A stretch of 64,000 nucleotides of DNA, from NCBI GenBank assembly GCA_050250895.1, contig JBFWNU010000001.1, positions 1,352,008 through 1,416,007 of the forward strand, read 5' to 3'. The position numbers were made by a program, and so were the translations under genes. The notes beneath the pieces are model-generated. The model saw only the letters and a list, made by a program, of their open reading frames with translations, was not told where the DNA came from and did not search any database. This stretch comes from Vulcanimicrobiota bacterium (GTDB lineage Bacteria > Vulcanimicrobiota > Xenobia > Xenobiales > JADMJV01). This document shows, one piece after another, positions 55,246 through 64,000 of the stretch. Positions within the stretch are counted from its first letter, which is position 1. Each line of letters opens with the position of its first letter.

Positions 55246-55429
55246 AGGTGACGTCGGGGTCGACCTCGAGCACCAGAGTGTAGTCGCGCTCTTCAAGCGC
55301 GTTGTCGGTAACGATTTTGACCCCCAGCCACGACACATCCAGGGCCTGAACGGTCCGTTCTTCGCCCAGAAACTTGACGGGAAAGATCTTTTCCAGGCGG
55401 GCTGCCTGGCGCTTTTCCTCTAATTTCAT
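55115..55429 (-). CDS. PilZ domain protein
   Basis: RxxxR (RQAAR) and DxSxxG (DVSWLG); VW...GF. Confidence 0.75.
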   Translation of the reverse strand: MKLEEKRQAARLEKIFPVKFLGEERTVQALDVSWLGVKIVTDNALEERDYTLVLEVDPDVTFTVEARPVWYQALNQRGRQVVGFSLSPDPAALSLRDWLETQAA

Positions 55430-55559
55430 GCCTAAGGTCTTCCCGCCAGGCCGTTAGGGAAAACCTGGCATCTTGTTAACCTGGATTTCATTTTTGGGCC
55501 CCGGCGGCGGGTTATCTTCGCTTCGACAGAACCTACACCCCGTCGCGAGGAGGAAGACG

Positions 55560-57899
<2,340 letters not shown>

Positions 57900-57917
57900 A
57901 GCCTAGGAACGTGGTCT

Positions 57918-57962
57918 GACCCCCCGGCTGGTTTGGGTTCCCAGCCGGGGGGTCTTTTTTTT
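57918..57962 (+). terminator. Intrinsic terminator
   Basis: GACCCCCCGGCTGG...CCAGCCGGGGGGTC followed by T8. Confidence 0.9.
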
Positions 57963-58052
57963 GTCCGCAGAAGCAGTTTTCGATCTTGCGCCGAATCTCC
58001 CCGATAGTGTCGCCTCGGACGCGGCCGGGTCGGGGTGAGCCAAGCAGACTGA

Positions 58053-59156
58053 ATGTCGATTTTCAAGAATTTCTTCAAGAAGACCGCTGGTCCCGACTAC
58101 ACCTGGTCGGCCGCCGAAGAGAACCCCTGGGGTGTGCGGGTGCTCGACATCCGCTCGCTCACCCTGACGGCTGCTCCCGAAGCCGGTGACGGAGCAACCC
58201 CCATGACCATTGACGACCGCTTCGAGCTGAAGGTGGCCAGTGAGCGGGTGGTAACCCTCGAGCTGGTTTATCGGCTCGATCCAATCCTCGTCGACGGGCC
58301 GCTCTTTCTACCTTCAAATCCGCTGGAAAGGTGGGCTCTGTTTGTGCAGGGCGATCATCTGCTGGCCGTCCGCGGCTCGAGTCGCGAGGTCGCTGCCGTG
58401 GTCAGCCTGGAGCGCGAATCCAACCGAGTCCGACTGCTCGAGTTGCGCGGGTTCGTCACGTCGGAACACGAGTCTCGACAGTTCAGCTCGCAGGCCCTGG
58501 ACTTCTTGATCCGAACGTTTGCCCTGGGCCAGGTCTACCCCGCCCCCTGCCCGGTAGCTCAAGCCAAACATCCTAACGAGGCTGCTCACTGGGCGCTTTC
58601 AACCTACGGCAGCCGGGCTCAATTCGCCGTCTTCGAGGACTTCCATCGGGGGGTTCCCGATGAACCTCTGCGAACCATCTCCCCGCTGCATCGAGCCGTG
58701 CTCGACGGCGACACGCAGCGGGTGCGCGATTGCCTCGAGCAAGGCATACCGATCGATCTGATGGCCAACGACGGCCTGACTCCTCTGCACTGGGCCGCCG
58801 CCGCGGGTCAAATCGAAGTGATCCGGTCGTTGGTCGAACTGGGTGCTGATCCCAACGCAGTGGGGGAAGAGGGCGAAACGGCCTTGATGGTAGCCATCCA
58901 GAGCGCTCAATCCCAGGCGGTCGAGGCGCTCCTGAGTCTGGGAACCGATCCCCATCGGGCCGACCAGCGCGGCTTCACGGCCCTGCATCGAGGTGCTGAA
59001 ATGGGTCAACTGGATACCGTCCGCAGGCTCATCGAGGCCGGGGTGGATCCCAATGTCGAGGCCCGTGGTTACAACGCTTTGACCCTGGCCACCAAACACG
59101 AGCAGCAAGCCGTGGTCGAGTTGCTCGAGAGCCTGCTCGAGGTCGACGAGAGTTAA
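58053..59156 (+). CDS. Ankyrin repeat protein with unknown N-terminal domain
   Basis: SPLHRA, GLTPLHWAA, GETALMVA, GFTALHRG, GYNALTLA. Confidence 0.9.
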   Translation: MSIFKNFFKKTAGPDYTWSAAEENPWGVRVLDIRSLTLTAAPEAGDGATPMTIDDRFELKVASERVVTLELVYRLDPILVDGPLFLPSNPLERWALFVQGDHLLAVRGSSREVAAVVSLERESNRVRLLELRGFVTSEHESRQFSSQALDFLIRTFALGQVYPAPCPVAQAKHPNEAAHWALSTYGSRAQFAVFEDFHRGVPDEPLRTISPLHRAVLDGDTQRVRDCLEQGIPIDLMANDGLTPLHWAAAAGQIEVIRSLVELGADPNAVGEEGETALMVAIQSAQSQAVEALLSLGTDPHRADQRGFTALHRGAEMGQLDTVRRLIEAGVDPNVEARGYNALTLATKHEQQAVVELLESLLEVDES

Positions 59157-59203
59157 CAACGCCAGGCAGGCCGCCGTGGGCAGGTTCCAGAAACCCACGG
59201 CTT

Positions 59204-60277
59204 ATGCACATGCGAGCCTGGTTGCTGGAAGCCCTCAAGTTCTATATGCCGATGGGCTTCTTCCGCCAGGCTCCTGACCCGGTCGCCCTGGCCGAAGAGT
59301 TGATCGAGCCTCTCTTTGGTGACAGCCCCTTCGATCCCAACGATCCGGTCCAGGACCTTTACCTCCTCAGCTTTGACCGCTCCCGTGCCTTGTGCGACCA
59401 GATCTGCTTCGGGGAGGCCCTGGCTCCCGGCAACGACGCCTACGTGGGGGTGCTCGAAGCGCTGGCTAAAATCTCCCGAGGCCACTTTACTCCCAAGGAC
59501 ATCCGCGAAGAGTGGCTCGGTCGCGAGGGCCCCATCAAACTCTCCTTCAACTTTCGCGGTCAGGAGCGCACCGTCCAAGTCGGCATGTGGGAGGGGTTCT
59601 TCGACTTTCGTATTCTGCTGCAACTCAACCACATGCTGCGCGAGAGCTTGTATCGCTTCGAGATGGTGCCCCTCGACGATATGCTCTTCGTGTGCGTGCT
59701 CAAGGCTGACGAAAAGCTCAACATGGAGCGCCTGCGCGGCCTGACCTTCATGGTGCTCGATCTTAGTCGAATGTTTCGGCCGCTCTCGCGATTGATGCGC
59801 GAGATGGCCCTGCCAGAAGAAGACGAGACGGTCACTTACTTTGGCACGCTCAACGAGATGTCGGACCGTTGTGTGGGCCGGCTCATGTTGGAGTTGATCG
59901 GGGAAGAGGTCGAGGGCGGCCTGGTCTATGATGGTGAGGCCCATCAGGAAGATCTTGGCTTTATCGGCCGCCTCGATCCCTCGACCGGCTTTTTCAAAGG
60001 CACCATCGAAGGGCAGATTCGCGCCGCCGGGAAGGCCCGTCCCTACTGCGGCGAGTGGGAGGGGCACCTGGTCCCCGGCAACCGGGTCATTACCGGAACC
60101 TGGAAGGGCTGGTTCAAAGACGAGAAAGAGATCGTCTATGAAGGTCAGTTTGCGGCCATCGAAAAGGGCATGCTGATGTCTGGTGACCCCCACCTCGAGC
60201 GGGTGGCCGAGTGGCTCAAGCAGGTCTGGACCTGCCGCAACGCCGTGGATTATCCCTGGATCTTGCCCTGCGATTAG
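59204..60277 (+). CDS. Hypothetical protein
   Basis: 357-aa ORF with GC3-rich codons; beta-rich C-terminal half. Confidence 0.75.
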   Translation: MHMRAWLLEALKFYMPMGFFRQAPDPVALAEELIEPLFGDSPFDPNDPVQDLYLLSFDRSRALCDQICFGEALAPGNDAYVGVLEALAKISRGHFTPKDIREEWLGREGPIKLSFNFRGQERTVQVGMWEGFFDFRILLQLNHMLRESLYRFEMVPLDDMLFVCVLKADEKLNMERLRGLTFMVLDLSRMFRPLSRLMREMALPEEDETVTYFGTLNEMSDRCVGRLMLELIGEEVEGGLVYDGEAHQEDLGFIGRLDPSTGFFKGTIEGQIRAAGKARPYCGEWEGHLVPGNRVITGTWKGWFKDEKEIVYEGQFAAIEKGMLMSGDPHLERVAEWLKQVWTCRNAVDYPWILPCD

Positions 60278-60281
60278 AGCG

Positions 60282-60680
60282 TCAATACATTTCGCAGATC
60301 AAGTAGGGGGCCTTAAGCAGACCGAAGCAGCCCTCGATCCTCTGGGTTGCGTGGCACTGGCCGTTGTCGCGACCCAGCCAATAGGTTCCCGATTTGTCAA
60401 AGGGGGCCGTGTGGGGCGAATTGCAGAAGGTGAGTCCGCCCCCCATCTGGTCGCAGGCGTGCCATCCCTGGCTTTCCATGTAGCTTTCAAATCGGGCCGA
60501 GTCCCGATAGACGTAGCAAGTGTGGCCGTGTGGGTCGACGTAGGAGGCCACCTGGCTGGGACTGAGTTCGGCCCGCAGCACGGCGGGCGCTACCGTCAAA
60601 GGGTGGCCCCAGGGGCGGCAGTAATACCAGGCCAGGGTGGCGGGCAGCATCAGCATGAACCAGACCAGCAGTTTTCTCAT
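60282..60680 (-). CDS. Small exported Cys-containing hypothetical protein
   Basis: Signal-like MRKLLVWFMLMLPATLA; 7 Cys. Confidence 0.55.
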   Translation of the reverse strand: MRKLLVWFMLMLPATLAWYYCRPWGHPLTVAPAVLRAELSPSQVASYVDPHGHTCYVYRDSARFESYMESQGWHACDQMGGGLTFCNSPHTAPFDKSGTYWLGRDNGQCHATQRIEGCFGLLKAPYLICEMY

Positions 60681-60771
60681 CAAGTCATACTACGCCCGCC
60701 GGCCAAATCGGTTCTATTGCAAAAGTCACGCTTTCAGACAATTTTCCGAGACCCCCACTAGACTGGGCCAA

Positions 60772-61758
60772 ATGGGGTCCTCCTTCTCCATAGGCACAGC
60801 TGTGCGACAACATGCTCGCACCGTGCATGCTTACACCAAGCCAAGACCCACCACCGCCGGCAATTTCGAAAAATCGGACTATCTTCAGGCGGTGGGCACG
60901 GGAGCCATCGAGGGCTTCTATATGCTGGGGCCGGTCGGCGCCTTGTCGGCCGGTGGCGCGGCCTTGACCGGAGTGGTCATGCGTCGCCACAATTTCGGCA
61001 AGGTCACCTCGGCCATGACCAGCGCTGCTACCGGGGCGGCCCTGGCCGCAGCGGCCGGTCACTTTCTGGGCACCGGCAGCATCGGTCTGGCAGTGATGGG
61101 CGGTGTTTGCGGTGCCTACGCCTGTCTGCGGGGTGACAAAGAGTCCCGGCTGCGCGACGCCGGTTTTGCCGGCTTGACCTACTGTGCCCCGTTTTTGCCC
61201 GGTCCGGGCAAGGCTGCGGTTGGCATCGCGGCCGCCGTGGCTGCCCATTGCGAGAGCGATTGGGCCCGGGCGGCGGTGGGCGGAAGTTTGGGCGGCGCTA
61301 TCGGAGTGGGGTTGGCCCTCTCGGGACTGACCGGCGCGACCCCCCTGGTGGCCGGTCTGGCCGGAGCCACGGCCGGGGCGCTCGGTCCCATTATCGGACC
61401 GCGCCTGACTCAAGTCATGCGTAACGTCTACGAGGATGTTGGCCAGCGACTCAACCACAACAAGAGTGACGAGCCGACCCCGGCCGACGACCATCGCAGC
61501 CGGGTCTATCGCTCCTTGGGAGCCGTGCCGGTAGCCTTCGCCAAGGAGATGGTGCTGGCCACCATTCTGGCTGATGGCAATTGGGCTCACGGCCTGATCG
61601 GCGGGGTGGTGGACGCCAGTATGGGTTTCTATACGATGTATCGCGCTAAGGTCGAGGACTCACCGGCGGGGCTCGACGGCCACCAGGAAGTTCGAGGCCA
61701 GCAGGGCGGGCCCGAGCCCATAAAAGTAGAGCTTCAGAAAAGTGAAGCTGATGGGTAG
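60772..61758 (+). CDS. Gly/Ala-rich (glycine-zipper) membrane protein
   Basis: Multiple GxxxG helices (AVGGSLGGAIGVGLALSG, AGLAGATAGALG). Confidence 0.7.
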   Translation: MGSSFSIGTAVRQHARTVHAYTKPRPTTAGNFEKSDYLQAVGTGAIEGFYMLGPVGALSAGGAALTGVVMRRHNFGKVTSAMTSAATGAALAAAAGHFLGTGSIGLAVMGGVCGAYACLRGDKESRLRDAGFAGLTYCAPFLPGPGKAAVGIAAAVAAHCESDWARAAVGGSLGGAIGVGLALSGLTGATPLVAGLAGATAGALGPIIGPRLTQVMRNVYEDVGQRLNHNKSDEPTPADDHRSRVYRSLGAVPVAFAKEMVLATILADGNWAHGLIGGVVDASMGFYTMYRAKVEDSPAGLDGHQEVRGQQGGPEPIKVELQKSEADG

Positions 61759-62916
61759 TCGAAAGACGAACAGAAAGAGCCCGAGCAGTCCCGAGCCTAG
61801 CAAGATGGCCGTGGTCACGGCCATCACCTGACGCGGCCAGCCTTTGTGACAGCTGAAGGTGGCCCCGCACAGCAGCGGTGCGGTCACGAACATCACATTG
61901 CCAATGTAGGCCGTCACCGAGCCGATCAAGGTATTGTAGAGCCAACAAAGCAAGGCTCCCAACCACAGAGAGCCGATCAGGTTGCTCTCGATCACCTCTT
62001 CGGCGGTCAGGATCTTGCGGCCGTAGGGGTTGAGTCGCAAGAGCAGACTGGTGGCCGCCCGGGCCACCCAGGTGAGATAGGTGAACAGCCGCCAGACCAA
62101 CAGCAGCGGGGCCAGCACGGTGGCTAGAGCCGGATAGCGCTCGGCCAGGCCGTCGAGGGCGCGCTTGGCGATATAGCTCACCACCAGCATTTGCTGTTGG
62201 ACCTGGTGAGAATGTTTGACCATCCAGAGGTTGTATTTGAGGATGACACCGTAGAAAGGGTACTGCATTCGCAAGGCGTTCACGAAGCCGTCGCGGGCCC
62301 ACTCGAGTTCGGGCTCGAGGGTCAGGGCCTGTTGAAATCGCTCGAGCGCTTTCTGGCGGTTGTTGGACTCTAGCTCGACCCAGCCGAGATTGGCCAGGGT
62401 AAGAGCGTTTTCGGGATCCTCGGCCAGGGCGTTTTCGAGGGCTTCGCGAGCATCAGACTTTAGTCCGGAACGAATCAGAGCCAGGGCCCGGGCGTTGACC
62501 AGGCCTTCGTGGTAGGGCGCGAATTCGAGCCCTTTCTCGGCCCACTCGCGGGCCCGAGCCCAGTCGCTTCGGTCGATGGCCAGAAAGGCCGCCAGGGAGA
62601 GATAATCCGGATTATCGGGAGCTAAGCTCAAGGCCGCCTTGAGGCAGAAGGCGGCTTCGTCGGGGCGATTGCGGTGGCGAAAGACGACCGCTCCGGCGTA
62701 GTGGCCCACGGGGTTGTCGGGCTCGGCCCCCTGGGCCTGGGTGGCCATTTCCGTGGCCTGCTGGTAGTTTTCGAGATGCAGCTGGCAAAGGGCACCCAGC
62801 GCGAGCGCATCGGCGTCTTCGGCCTGCTCGCTGAGGTGGCCCTGAATCTCTTCAAGCGCCTGGCTGTACTTCTGCTGCTCAAACAGGATTTGGGCTTTCT
62901 GATAACTCTGGCTCAT
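61660..62916 (-). CDS. TPR protein with C-terminal membrane domain
   Basis: About 6 TPRs (ALSLAPDN, ALAEDPEN, ALTLEPE) then about 5 TM helices; ATGA coupling to the AAA gene. Confidence 0.85.
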   Translation of the reverse strand: MSQSYQKAQILFEQQKYSQALEEIQGHLSEQAEDADALALGALCQLHLENYQQATEMATQAQGAEPDNPVGHYAGAVVFRHRNRPDEAAFCLKAALSLAPDNPDYLSLAAFLAIDRSDWARAREWAEKGLEFAPYHEGLVNARALALIRSGLKSDAREALENALAEDPENALTLANLGWVELESNNRQKALERFQQALTLEPELEWARDGFVNALRMQYPFYGVILKYNLWMVKHSHQVQQQMLVVSYIAKRALDGLAERYPALATVLAPLLLVWRLFTYLTWVARAATSLLLRLNPYGRKILTAEEVIESNLIGSLWLGALLCWLYNTLIGSVTAYIGNVMFVTAPLLCGATFSCHKGWPRQVMAVTTAILLGSGLLGLFLFVFRLPISFTFLKLYFYGLGPALLASNFLVAVEPRR

Positions 62917-64000
62917 CGGATCCTCGCTTTGTCGAGATAGTCTGAAAGGTCGTTGTAGAACCCATCCTGGTTGGCAAAATTGACGTAGTTGCGAGCCCGG
63001 CGTAGCCACTCCATGGTGGACGACTTGGCGCCTTTGAGCACCTGCTCGAAATCGCCCATGCTCACTTCGCGCAGTTCGCCCGAGCGCAGCGCTTCGGCCA
63101 GCGCTTTCTCGGTGGCCATCTCGACCAGGTTGGCCAGATCGGCTCCCGAGAAATGCTCGGTCTGGGCGGCCAGACGATCCCAGCCGATGCCCTGGGCCAC
63201 TTTGCGCTTGCGCGAATGCAGCTTGAGGATCTCGGCTCGGGCTTTGGCGTCGGGGGGCGGCACGAAGAGCACCCGGTCAAAGCGGCCCGGCCGGCGCAGG
63301 GCCGAGTCGACGTTCCAGGGCGCGTTGGTGGCCCCCAGCACCAGCACTTTTTCGTTGTGGGATTGGATGCCGTCCATCTCGGTGAGCAGGTGGGATACCA
63401 TCCAACGGGTCGAGGCGTTATTGATGCTGCTGCGTTTGGCCCCCAGCGCGTCGACCTCGTCGATGAACAGGATGGAGGGCGTGCGGGCGCGGCAGGTCTC
63501 GAACAGTTTGGCCAGGTTCTTCTCGGTCTCGCCGATGTACATGTTGAGCACTTCGCTGAGCGAAAGGGAAAAGAAGTTGGCTCCCAATTCGCCGGCGGTG
63601 GCCCGGGCCAGATGGGTCTTACCGCATCCTGGCGGGCCATAGAGCATGATGCCGCCCCCGATTTTCTTGCCGTAGGCCTCGTAAATCTCGGGCTTTTGCA
63701 TGGGATAGAGGATGTTGAGACGAATTTGCTCCTTGAGTTGCTCCATGCCGCCGATGTCGGTGAAGTTGATCTTGGGCACGCTGGAGGGGACGGGCGGTTC
63801 GGCAAAGTCGCCCTCGACGGTGCCCGAGGTGGTACAGCGCACCGTTCTGGAGGCCTCGAGATCGGCCTCGAGGCTCTCGTCGATCAGGCTCGAATCCTGG
63901 GCGATGGCGGCCCGGTAGTGGTTCTCGGCTTCTCTGGCGTCGCCTCTGGCCAGCGCAGCCCGGGCCAGGGCCAGCAACCCGGTGGCCTGCTGACTGGTCC
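62913..64000 (-). CDS. Classic AAA ATPase (Cdc48/Vps4-like) with TPR-like N-terminus, 5'-truncated by window edge
   Basis: FTDIGGM, Walker A GPPGCGKT, Walker B ILFIDE, SRH ATNAPW.VDSALRRPGRFD. Confidence 0.93.
   Translation of the reverse strand, partial: TSQQATGLLALARAALARGDAREAENHYRAAIAQDSSLIDESLEADLEASRTVRCTTSGTVEGDFAEPPVPSSVPKINFTDIGGMEQLKEQIRLNILYPMQKPEIYEAYGKKIGGGIMLYGPPGCGKTHLARATAGELGANFFSLSLSEVLNMYIGETEKNLAKLFETCRARTPSILFIDEVDALGAKRSSINNASTRWMVSHLLTEMDGIQSHNEKVLVLGATNAPWNVDSALRRPGRFDRVLFVPPPDAKARAEILKLHSRKRKVAQGIGWDRLAAQTEHFSGADLANLVEMATEKALAEALRSGELREVSMGDFEQVLKGAKSSTMEWLRRARNYVNFANQDGFYNDLSDYLDKARIR

Overview
High-GC bacterial chromosomal window with about 55 densely packed genes. 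I found no rRNA, tRNA, CRISPR array, transposase or phage genes. An SLH-domain beta-barrel porin (OmpM-like) points to a diderm Terrabacteria lineage, and the gene style suggests Ca. Eremiobacterota/Vulcanimicrobiota (inference only). Housekeeping content: glgA, pckA, an lpdA-E1a-E1b-E2-lipB-lipA operon, mmsA, an M1 aminopeptidase, a Na/Pi cotransporter, glycosyltransferases and a HisKA_3/NarL pair. Top observations: (1) a CHASE2-cyclase-CHASE2-cyclase protein whose two class III domains split the catalytic residues like a eukaryotic pseudoheterodimer, in inverted order and with non-adenylyl specificity residues, encoded next to a FecR protein with a duplicated C-terminal domain; (2) a family B DNA polymerase with intact polymerase motifs but all three proofreading motifs lost; (3) several signal-peptide-less, effector-like proteins (Met/Gln harpin-like repeat protein, S8 protease, Gly-zipper protein, HD-GYP); (4) apparent pseudoenzymes (HprK-like, DUF1015) and an ATPase-less SspC/BrxC-like protein coupled to an HD-GYP and a methyltransferase. 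All family calls come from motif recognition by eye, not database searches.
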